From positions 2,232,001-2,296,000 of the forward strand of contig OX597841.1 of assembly GCA_951406725.2 (NCBI GenBank): a stretch of 64,000 nt of DNA. Direction: 5' to 3'. A program made the translations under genes and the position numbers. Shown one piece after another: positions 53,263 to 64,000 of the stretch (positions are counted from its first letter, which is position 1; each line of letters begins with the position of its first letter). Origin of the DNA: Octopus vulgaris. Lineage: Eukaryota. The notes under the pieces were generated by a model that ran no database searches, was not told the origin of the DNA, and was given only the letters and a program-made list of their open reading frames with translations.

Positions 53263-56200
53263 ATGATTTGTGCAGGATTTAGGCTGTCGTTTCTAGCTAT
53301 GGATGAAAGATGTCTATGATTTGTGCAAGATTTGGCTGTCATTTCTAGCTATGGATGAAAGATGTCTATGATTTGTGCAAGATTTGGCTGTCATTTCTAG
53401 CTATGGATGAAAGATGTCCATGATTTGTGCAAGATTTGGCTGTCATTTCTAGCTATGGATGAATGATGTCCATGATTTGTGCAAGATTTGGCTGTCATTT
53501 CTAGCTATGGATAAAAGATGTCTATGATTTGTGCAAGATTTGGCTGTCATTTCTAGCTATGGATGAAAGATGTCTATGATTTGTGCAAGATTTGGCTGTC
53601 ATTTCTAGCTATGGATGAAAGATGTCTATGATTTGTGCAAGATTTGGCTGTCATTTCTAGCTATGGATGAAATATGTCTATGATTTGTGCAAGATTTGGC
53701 TGTCATTTCTAACTATGGATGAATGATGTCCATGATTTGTGCAAGATTTGGCTGTCATTTCTAGCTATGGATGAAAGATGTCCATGATTTGTGCAGGATT
53801 TAGGCTGTCATTTCTAGCTATGGATGAAAGATGTCTATGATTTGTGCAAGATTTGGCTGTCATTTCTAGCTATGGATGAAATATGTCTATGATTTGTGCA
53901 AGATTTGGCTGTCATTTCTAGCTATGGATGAAAAATGTCTATGATTTGTGCAAGATTTGGCTGTCATTTCTAGCTATGGATGAAAGATGTCTATGATTTG
54001 TGCAAGATTTGGCTGTCATTTCTAGCTATGGATGAAAGATGTCTATGATTTGTGCAAGATTTGGCTGTCATTTCTAACTATGGATGAATGATGTCCATGA
54101 TTTGTGCAAGATTTGGCTGTCATTTCTAGCTATGGATGAAAGATGTCTATGATTTGTGCAAGATTTGGCTGTCATTTCTAGCTATGGATGAAATATGTCT
54201 ATGATTTGTGCAAGATTTGGCTGTCATTTCTAGCTATGGATGAAAAATGTCTATGATTTGTGCAAGATTTGGCTGTCATTTCTAGCTATGGATGAAAGAT
54301 GTCTATGATTTGTGCAAGATTTGGCTGTCATTTCTAGCTATGGATGAAAGATGTCTATGATTTGTGCAAGATTTGGCTGTCATTTCTAGCTATGGATGAA
54401 AGATGTCTATGATTTGTGCAAGATTTGGCTGTCATTTCTAGCTATGGATGAATGATGTCCATGATTTGTGCAAGATTTGGCTGTCATTTCTAGCTATGGA
54501 TAAAAGATGTCTATGATTTGTGCAAGATTTGGCTGTCATTTCTAGCTATGGATGAAAGATGTCTATGATTTGTGCAAGATTTGGCTGTCATTTCTAGCTA
54601 TGGATGAAAGATGTCTATGATTTGTGCAAGATTTGGCTGTCATTTCTAGCTATGGATGAAAGATGTCTATGATTTGTGCAAGATTTGGCTGTCATTTCTA
54701 GCTATGGATGAAATATGTCTATGATTTGTGCAAGATTTGGCTGTCATTTCTAGCTATGGATGAAAAATGTCTATGATTTGTGCAAGATTTGGCTGTCATT
54801 TCTAGCTATGGATGAAAGATGTCTATGATTTGTGCAAGATTTGGCTGTCATTTCTAGCTATGGATGAAAGATGTCTATGATTTGTGCAAGATTTGGCTGT
54901 CATTTCTAGCTATGGATGAAATATGTCTATGATTTGTGCAAGATTTGGCTGTCATTTCTAGCTATGGATGAAAAATGTCTATGATTTGTGCAAGATTTGG
55001 CTGTCATTTCTAGCTATGGATGAAAGATGTCTATGATTTGTGCAAGATTTGGCTGTCATTTCTAGCTATGGATGAAAGATGTCTATGATTTGTGCAAGAT
55101 TTGGCTGTCATTTCTAGCTATGGATGAAAGATGTCTATGATTTGTGCAAGATTTGGCTGTCATTTCTAGCTATGGATGAAAGATGTCTATGATTTGTGCA
55201 AGATTTGGCTGTCATTTCTAGCTATGGATGAAATATGTCTATGATTTGTGCAAGATTTGGCTGTCATTTCTAGCTATGGATGAAAAATGTCTATGATTTG
55301 TGCAAGATTTGGCTGTCATTTCTAGCTATGGATGAAAGATGTCTATGATTTGTGCAAGATTTGGCTGTCATTTCTAGCTATGGATGAAAGATGTCTATGA
55401 TTTGTGCAAGATTTGGCTGTCATTTCTAGCTATGGATGAAAGATGTCTATGATTTGTGCAAGATTTGGCTGTCATTTCTAGCTATGGATGAAAGATGTCC
55501 ATGATTTGTGCAAGATTTGGCTGTCATTTCTAGCTATGGATGAATGATGTCCATGATTTGTGCAAGATTTGGCTGTCATTTCTAGCTATGGATGAAAGAT
55601 GTCTATGATTTGTGCAAGATTTGGCTGTCATTTCTAGCTATGGATGAAAGATGTCTATGATTTGTGCAAGATTTGGCTGTCATTTCTAGCTATGGATGAA
55701 AGATGTCTATGATTTGTGCAAGATTTGGCTGTCATTTCTAGCTATGGATGAAATATGTCTATGATTTGTGCAAGATTTGGCTGTCATTTCTAGCTATGGA
55801 TGAAAAATGTCTATGATTTGTGCAAGATTTGGCTGTCATTTCTAGCTATGGATGAAAGATGTCTATGATTTGTGCAAGATTTGGCTGTCATTTCTAGCTA
55901 TGGATGAAAGATGTCTATGATTTGTGCAAGATTTGGCTGTCATTTCTAGCTATGGATGAAAGATGTCTATGATTTGTGCAAGATTTGGCTGTCATTTCTA
56001 GCTATGGATGAAAGATGTCTATGATTTGTGCAAGATTTGGCTGTCATTTCTAGCTATGGATGAAAGATGTCTATGATTTGTGCAAGATTTGGCTGTCATT
56101 TCTAGCTATGGATTAAAGATGTCTATGATTTGTGCAAGATTTGGCTGTCATTTCTAGCTATGGATGAAAGATGTCTATGATTTGTGCAAGATTTGGCTGT

Positions 56201-56330
56201 CATTTCTAGCTATGGATGAAAGATGTCTATGATTTGTGCAAGATTTGGCTGCTATTTCTAGCTATGGAAGAGAAATGTCTGATTTCTACGTGATTTGGCT
56301 GCAATTTATAGCTATAGAAGCTACCTTCTA
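53263..56330 (+). repeat. Homogeneous 52-bp minisatellite, about 59 copies
   Basis: Unit ATGATTTGTGCAAGATTTGGCTGTCATTTCTAGCTATGGATGAAAGATGTCT; phase recurs every 780 bp (15 units). Confidence 0.97.
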
Positions 56331-56562
56331 CACTCCATCGTCGCCCCGTTAGTTTGTTAGAGAAATAATCTCAAATGCACTCCAACCACTGAAATATTCA
56401 GAAACCAATACTTTATTGGATACTATTCAAGTAGAGGGGGTCCCGATCCGCGCGAGCTAGTCGTGACGTCGTCCTACAACGACTACCGAGCGCATGTGCG
56501 CGTATGCAAATTAATAGATGCGCGCATGCACAAAACATGGATGTATGTAAAAGCTGAATATA

Positions 56563-57075
56563 TCTATATATATAAAACTGTAGTTGTGTGAGTGTCTGTC
56601 CCCTTCGATTTAGATTCCTAACTACTCCCACATTTTGCGGTGCAGTTTAACCAAATTCGGGTATCTTATAGTCGTGATTAATATCAAGCCCGTCTGGCTA
56701 TTAGCGCGCGTCTACGATGAGTCTACGATTTTAAAAATAATTTAACATAATTTTTTATTCCATTTTAATGCATATTTTTTCGTGTGTCAATGGCGGCGGA
56801 GTTGGCGTCCATGGTCACACCTGCACCTGTTTGCTTCTCCCCCTTCTTCCCTCCCTCGTGAAGCTGTGGGGAAGGGAGTGTAAGGAAATCAACGCCGTAA
56901 AGCGTTGTCAAGGAGACCAGCGTTCTTTTAGAACAACGACTTCATGGCTTGAAGACACCAAAACAGAAATGGCTAAGAAAACCCGAATTGGCATCTATAA
57001 GGGAAGTAACTCTCTAGAAATGCTTATATAGTTATTTCCCTTACAAACCCGAGCAACGCCGGGCGATACTGCTAG
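56563..57075 (+). mobile_element. Non-autonomous Helitron-like element (A|TC...CTAG|T)
   Basis: 5' TC, 3' hairpin + CTAG, inserted between A and T, no TSD. Confidence 0.85.
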
Positions 57076-58082
57076 TATCAAATAAAATGGGGGGGGGGTT
57101 TAAACAAAGTAAATAATTTTTTTTACATAGAGTAAATAATTTTTGGATATTTTCGGTTTGAACAGCAGTTTTTTCTAGCGGTGTCATATGAAATTGTCAC
57201 CCATAATTATGACCCTAGTATCGATCTATTGCATTTCAATCTCTTTTAGGGGTAGGGGGAAGGGTATCTTTTTTTCTTCACAAATGTAAATAAACCCAAT
57301 CTGTTTCTTAAACGAGGGACATATTCATACGGCATGGAATGTTTTTTTTTTCTACCTCTATAGACGTCACTGATTGGTTGAAATTGAAGAAAAAAACAAC
57401 ATATCTTACAAACTATAGAATTTTCTCAATAGAGCCAAGAGAAAAAGATGTGGATCTTTTCCTTTTGAACGGCAGTTTTCAACACAATTTCTAGTTAACT
57501 AAACACTTTTAAACCTTGTATACTGGTAGAATGTGTCAAAATAAAACATTTTTTCCTCTTGGCTTTCTTGAGAAACTTGTAATTTGTAAGTTTAATGTAG
57601 TTAATGTTATTTTTGTTTGTATTGTAATAAAATGGTTGGACCTGTGAAAAGAACATAGTTTTCTTCATAGTTCTGTATGTGGTCACACAATCTACTAGAA
57701 ATAAGAGCACATCTCTCTTAAATATCACCTTTTGGTCATAAATATTGAAGACTGTATTGGAAGATGTAATGCTACAGAGGAAAGGATGTTCATGGATGGA
57801 ATGTCTTTAATCATAGTTTTACTCAGAGCTTCTTCAGGGCTAGACAACAATGCCAAATTATATTTCAGGAGAGAAAATAATGTTATTGATATCCATTCTG
57901 CAGTTTAATCTAAATAATATTACACAATGTGAAGGCATAACTGTGGTTTACAAAGCTACACAGAAAATTCTGTGATATAAATTTTAATACATTAAAAAGT
58001 TCAGTTGTTCAGGTAAATGTTTGTTTCTTAAGTTTATCTCTGCAGTAATCTAAATTATCCACTGTTGAATTTATATTCTTAA

Positions 58083-58302
58083 CCCTTTAGCATTCAGATT
58101 ATTCTGTCAAATGTAAAGCTTATGTATTCACACCATGTAAAATTAATCTTGCATCATTTCATGGCCTTGAGATTTCAATGATGTGATTGTTTATTTTTAA
58201 AATGACACAATAAGGTAGCTATGAATGACCATATCTGACTAGTTTGAACATAAAATAGGTAGAATATTTTGGCCGGATATGGCCGGTTTAAACACTAAAA
58301 GG
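58083..58302. mobile_element. piggyBac-like MITE with TTAA TSD
   Basis: TTAA-CCCTTTAGC...CACTAAAAGG-TTAA. The paralogous ZNF-1 intron (~47805) has a single empty TTAA. Confidence 0.8.
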
Positions 58303-58682
58303 TTAAAGTTGCCTCTGTATCTTACACTGATGTTTCTTCCTTTATTTCAGGATATCATATGACATTGACATAACAGAAGAAATATTGTGAATATTTAAAA
58401 TTATTTGAAGACCAAATGAATATGCTATACACGGCACATGTTTAAAACAATTACTACAAATCTGTGGTAGAAGTTGTAATCTGATATTATTGGAGAATTT
58501 TTGTACATCTCTGACTGAAGTGTCGAGAAGATGAATTTACATAAGTGTTGCTAGAGAAAGGTAACATCATTATCCTTATCATCATTATCGGACAGAAATA
58601 CAGCAGTGGAAGTATTCATAAGATAAATGATAAGTACAAAAAAAGCAAAGTATTTATACGTTGTGATTTGGGAACATTAATA

Positions 58683-60035
58683 ATGGAAAAGAATGAGAAG
58701 CTTAAAGAATTGATTTCCCATGAAGACATGATAAAAAAGAGACGAAAATTGTCATGTGAATGTGATGTCTGTGGTAAATTATTCACTCACAATAGTCACT
58801 TAACAGAACACAGACGTATTCATACAGGAGAAAAACCATTTCATTGTGATATCTGTGGTAAATCATTCTCTCGAAACAGTCACTTAGTTGTGCACAAACG
58901 TGTTCATACAGGAGAGAGACCATATCATTGTGATATTTGTGAAAAATCATTCTCTAAGAGTGGCCACTTAACTACACACATACGTATTCATACAGGAGAA
59001 AAGCCATATCATTGTGATATCTGTGACAAATCATTCATTGATGGTAGTGCTTTAACTCAGCACAAACGTCTTCATTCAGGAGAGAGACCATATCATTGTG
59101 ATATATGTAGTAAATCGCTCTCTGACAGTAGTAGCTTTACTGCTCACAAACGAATTCATACAGGAGAGAAACCATACCATTGTGATATCTGTGGTAAATC
59201 AGTCTCTGACAGTAGTAGCTTAACTTCACACATACGTATTCATACAGGAGAAAGACCATATCATTGTGATATCTGTGGTAAATCATTCACTGTTAGTAGT
59301 ACTTTAACTAAACACAGACGTCTCCATACAGGAGAGAAGCCATATCAGTGTGATATCTGTGACAAATCATTCACTGTTGGTTGTGCTTTAACTCAACACA
59401 AACGTCTTCATTCAGGAGAGAAACCATATCATTGTGCTATCTGTGGTAAATCATTCTCTGGCTATAGTCACTTATATTTACACACACGTATTCATACAGG
59501 AGAGAAGCCATATCATTGTGATATCTGTGGTAAATCATTCACTGTAGGAAGTACTTTAACTAGACACAAACGTATTCATTCAGGAGAGAGACCATATCAG
59601 TGCGATATCTGTAGTAAATCATTTTCTGACAGTAGTAACTTAACTGCACACAAATATATTCATGCAAGAGAGAAGATATATCATTGTGATATCTGTGGTA
59701 AATCATTCTCTAAGAGTAGTGAGATAACTGCACACAAACGTCTTCATTCTGGAGAGACACTATATGACTGTGATATCTGTGGTAAATCCTTCACTAAAAG
59801 TGATAGCTTAACTAGACATAAACGTATTCATACTGGAGAGAAGCCATATTGTTGCAATGTCTGTGGTAATTCATTCTCTGATCGTAGTCATTTAACTAGA
59901 CATGTGCGTCTTCATTCTGGAGAGAAGCCATATCACTGTGACATCTGTGGCAAATCATTCTCTCAAAATAGTAACCTAACTAAACACAAACATATTCATG
60001 CAAGAGAGATTCCATATCAAAGTGATGCCTTCTAA
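58683..60035 (+). CDS. C2H2 zinc-finger protein 2 (450 aa, 15 fingers)
   Basis: N-terminus [14 protein letters not shown] is homologous to ZNF-1; tandem fingers with TGE(K/R)PY linkers. Confidence 0.93.
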   Translation: MEKNEKLKELISHEDMIKKRRKLSCECDVCGKLFTHNSHLTEHRRIHTGEKPFHCDICGKSFSRNSHLVVHKRVHTGERPYHCDICEKSFSKSGHLTTHIRIHTGEKPYHCDICDKSFIDGSALTQHKRLHSGERPYHCDICSKSLSDSSSFTAHKRIHTGEKPYHCDICGKSVSDSSSLTSHIRIHTGERPYHCDICGKSFTVSSTLTKHRRLHTGEKPYQCDICDKSFTVGCALTQHKRLHSGEKPYHCAICGKSFSGYSHLYLHTRIHTGEKPYHCDICGKSFTVGSTLTRHKRIHSGERPYQCDICSKSFSDSSNLTAHKYIHAREKIYHCDICGKSFSKSSEITAHKRLHSGETLYDCDICGKSFTKSDSLTRHKRIHTGEKPYCCNVCGNSFSDRSHLTRHVRLHSGEKPYHCDICGKSFSQNSNLTKHKHIHAREIPYQSDAF

Positions 60036-60794
60036 ATCATTGTCTGACCATCCTGCCTTTACTTCATACAAATGTATTCATACAAAAGTGAAGCCATTTC
60101 ACTGGTAAATCATTCACTGAAAATAGTAAATTAACTGCACATAAATGTATTCATACAGGGGAGAAAGAAAAATGCGATTTTGTATTGGTTCTTTTGTAAA
60201 CTTACTTTTATTTTTCAATGTTCCTGTTTCATGTAATTGACATCACAACAATGAAAATAATGTTTCTCCAAAAATCTCAGTTTTTCTTCTTCCTTTCTTT
60301 TAAAATTTTTTCTCAGCTCCATCAGTTGCTTCCATTCCCGTTTCATTTCCCATGATGTAGGAACCTTTATATTGAAATTCCTCCTCCTAGCAACCCTGCA
60401 CATGGCTCTTTGTTGAATATCACGTCCCTAATTTACTGTATATTTATTCATTATTAAATTTCAAATACTTCACTGTTAGCGCTTCTCAAACACAGAAATG
60501 CAGCAAAATTATCAAATATATAAATAAACAATGATCTCCAGTACAAAATGGAAGATACCACAAAAGCATGGAGCATAACTATGGTTTAGGGCCCCACAAC
60601 AGACTGTTTTCTCTTAACTTTCTGAAGAATTGTTTTTTAAATTAAACTTAGCAGATTTAAGTTTTGAAGGATCTAGCTTACAATTATCTTAATAAAATTG
60701 ATGAAAACAGTTTTCCAAGAAGATTGAGATCCTTCTGAACTCCACCCTGCTTTTGCTAGTATCATATCCCATGTAATTAGGAAGGGAGCCGACC

Positions 60795-61360
60795 TAGAGG
60801 CAATGCAGTTTTAATTTGTGCCTAGAAGAAGCACTACTAATGCTATCTTCCTAGTAAGGCAACTACTGGAGAATTTAGTGACAGATAAACCTCCGTACTT
60901 AGCTCTTGTCAACATGGAGAAAGCTTTTGACAGAGTTCCTCATTCCCTTATCTCTTATTTATCTTTGTCTTTCAGACCATAACAGAGAAATTTAAGACTG
61001 GATGACCTTGGGAGTTCCTCTATGTCAGTGACCTTTTTTATAGCTAACTGTTTACTTGAGTTAGAGAATAGATTACAGGTGAAGTCACGTCTGGAATCAA
61101 AATGCCTTGGAGTTAATTTAGCAAAGACCAAAGTCCTAGTAAGTAGGAAAGCAGACAAATTCCTAATCCCTTCAAGGAGATGGCCTTGATTGAAAAAGTA
61201 GTCTTTAAACACTAAGAATGTCCAGAAAATAGACTTCCTCAAATGTATAGGGTATCTTTACAAGTAGTAGCTTCTGTTACCTATGCAACCAAGTTGGCAG
61301 TGGAAGAGAATGTTCCTACAATAAGAACCAACATAGCAAAGTTTGGAGAGCTATTACTTT
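60795..61360 (+). mobile_element. RTE-like reverse transcriptase relic
   Basis: QF*FVPRRSTTNAIFLVRQLLE...YLALVNMEKAFDRVP motif. Confidence 0.7.
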
Positions 61361-61408
61361 TTTGGTAGCAAATTACTAATTGAAATTTTACTAGTTATAA
61401 CTTCAAAC

Positions 61409-62000
61409 ATGGAAGTGTCTAAGGAATACTTGAGGCACATAATACTTTGAGTTTTAAAAAGGGAACTCTGCAGCCGAAGCAACTCAAAATATTCCCTCAG
61501 CTTATAGAGAAGAGTGCCTGAATGAAAAAAACCGCAAAAGATGATTTGTAAAATTCAGAAGTGGAGCCTCATTTTCAGCCTTGCAAATGAGGCCCAAACA
61601 GGACGTCCAATTGAGTTTGAAGACAAGCTCTTTTTGGCAGAAAAGATCATGCAGTTTTATTTGAAGAATTAGCAAGTAAGCTTTGTTCCAGCCATACAAC
61701 TGTTCACCACCATCTTCGACAGCTTGGAAAAGTCCAAAAACCTGGAAAATGGGTACCTCATGATTTGTCTGAAGCCAACTGCAAATCCCAAGTGGGCATC
61801 TGCTCTTTTCTTTCTTGTGAACTCATCTCACCCTTTATGGATAGACTGGGAACCAGTGATGAAAAGTGAGCCTTTTTTCAAAATGTTAAGTATTGTAGAC
61901 ATTAGCTTGGTGAAGGAGAAAAGGCCCAACCACAACCAAATAGGGAACGACATGCGAAGAATGTATACTCTTCAATCTGGTCCTGTTTTTTTATGGTAAT
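61409..62000 (+). mobile_element. Degenerate mariner transposase
   Basis: MEVSKEYLRHIIL..KKGNSAAEATQN; HLRQLGKVQKPGKWVPHDLS; TSDEK; frameshifted. Confidence 0.8.
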
Positions 62001-62039
62001 GGTAGAGTCTTTGACACTGTGCAATGGTGCCCCATTCCG

Positions 62040-62645
62040 CTATTTATGTAACATTCAATGCCAATGTTTCAGAATTTTCCAGATGTATATTACTGCATAA
62101 CTTTCCTGCCTTCATTCTAGGGAGAAGTGTGTTAACTCCAGTAGCTCATACATTGCATTAAGACGATTTTCTTTGTGTAGCTCCGTTGGATTGCTTCAAG
62201 TTTCGCTGTTAATTTTATACTGTGTTGACCATAGTTAAGAGCAGTAGTCCAAGTGCCTGAGGTTATTTGTCTTCCAAAGGACCATTATTGTTTGCTCTAC
62301 TCTTGTTCTGAAAGTTCAGAGGATCTATTCAGCTAGCCGCCTGCATTTTATTACCAAAATTCGTAACATGCACCTAGAAAGATGCATCATTACTCGTGTC
62401 AGTACCCAAATCATGCACTGATTTTGATTCAGGGATTGTAATTCCTCTCAGGCTAATGTATCCAGTCTGCTTGTCATTCAGCTTTGTGTGCCGGTTGTGC
62501 AGGGCTTGGAAATTTCCTGCATTAAACTGCATGTTGTTGTCCTGGGCCCACCTGTAATATTGCGTCCAACTCCAGTTGCAGATGTACAATATGTCGAGGA
62601 TTCTGAATTGTCTGAGTGACTTTTGTGTCATCAGCATAGCTAGCA
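62040..62645 (-). mobile_element. CR1/L2-like RT C-terminal relic
   Basis: WAQDNNMQFNAGNFQAL...VHDLG motif. Confidence 0.6.
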
Positions 62646-63712
62646 AAGCTGTGGTTTACAAACATGTAAGCTACACACAAAATTCTGTGATCATCATCAT
62701 CATTTAACGTCCGTTCTCCATGCTAGCATGGGTTGGACGGTTCGACCGGGATCTGGGAAGCCAGAAGGCTGCACCAGGCTCCAGTCTTATCTGGCAATGT
62801 TTCTACAGCTGGATGCCCTTCCTAACGCCAACCACTCCGTGAGTGTAGTGGGTGCTTTTTACGTGCCACCTGCACAGGTGCCAGGCGAGGCTGGCAACGG
62901 CCACGGTCGGATTGGTGTATTTTATGTGCCACCGGCACGGAAGCCAGTCGAGGCGGCACTGGCGTCGGCCACGAGTCGGATAGTGCTTTTTACGTACTAC
63001 CAGACCAGGGATCCTGGCTGGTTCAGTTCGCTTTCGCTTGCCCCAACATGTCTTCGCAAGCAAAGGGGGTTGGCATGGGTGCCTGTCGTACGGTCGGATA
63101 GGTGCATTTTACGTGCCACCGGCACGGAAGCCAGTGGAGGCGGCACTGGCATCGGCCACGAGTCAGATAGTGCTTTTTATGTACCACCAGACCAGGGATC
63201 CTGGCTGATTCAATTCGATTTCGATTTCGCTTTCGCTTGCCCCAACATGTCTTCACAAGCAAAGAGGGTTGGCATGGGTGCCTGTAAATTTTAATACATT
63301 AAAAAGTTCAGTCATTCACGTAAATGTTTATTTCTACTAAAGTTTATCTCTGTAGAAATGCTGTAAATTTTCCACTGTTGAATCTGTATTTTGAAAGCAG
63401 CTTCTTTATCTTACACTGTTGTTTCTTTATTATTTCAGAATATCAAATGACATTTGCTTAACAGAAGATACATTCTCAATATTTATCATCTTTTAAGACT
63501 AAAAGAAAATGAGATATAAAACAGATTTATAACACTGTTTCTATAAATCTTATATATTTCTGTGAAATATTTGTCCTAATATGTTATTATTAGCAAAAGT
63601 TTTGCACATCACTGACTGAATGTAAACTTGGATAGCTTTACAAAAGTGTTGTTAGAGAAAGATAACTGGCCAAAAAGACAACAGTGGAAGTACATATACG
63701 ATTGAACGATAA

Positions 63713-64000
<288 letters not shown>

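Noticed and set aside
53263-56330. CRISPR-like array
   Set aside because: The units are contiguous and near-identical with no unique spacers, there are no cas genes, and the context is eukaryotic.
58545-58682. N-terminal extension of ZNF-2 from a GTG start (and the TTG start at 48176)
   Set aside because: Non-ATG starts; all three paralogs align at the ATG of ME...KLKELISH.

Overview
Eukaryotic, AT-rich, microsatellite- and TE-dense DNA. It is most likely cephalopod (Octopus-like), inferred from the tRNA-SINE families and the CDICGKSF-type C2H2 cluster. Most ORF-track hits are microsatellite or SINE artefacts. I reconstructed the real genes by hand from splice phases. (1) A head-to-head inverted pair of paralogous multi-exon genes encodes a putative secreted protein: signal peptide, degenerate PAN/Apple-like module and an uncharacterised mollusc-type C-terminal domain. 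The minus copy spans 812-6074 with its last exon off-window; the plus copy spans 19115-27720 (303 aa). Protein identity between the copies falls exon by exon from about 97% to about 50%. (2) A 5-exon, about 790-aa MULE/SWIM transposase-like gene (36029-43430) has an intact DDE triad and looks domesticated. (3) A tandem cluster of three poly-C2H2 zinc-finger genes starts at 48191, 58683 and 63764; one carries a ~3-kb array of a 52-bp unit in intron 1. The TE content includes R4/Dong-like LINE pieces in (TAA)n, Tx1/RTE/CR1-like relics, mariner, hAT, Merlin, piggyBac-like and Helitron-like elements, fold-back MITEs and four SINE families. Several short elements anchored on (TA)n tracts each carry a minimal type-I hammerhead ribozyme motif.
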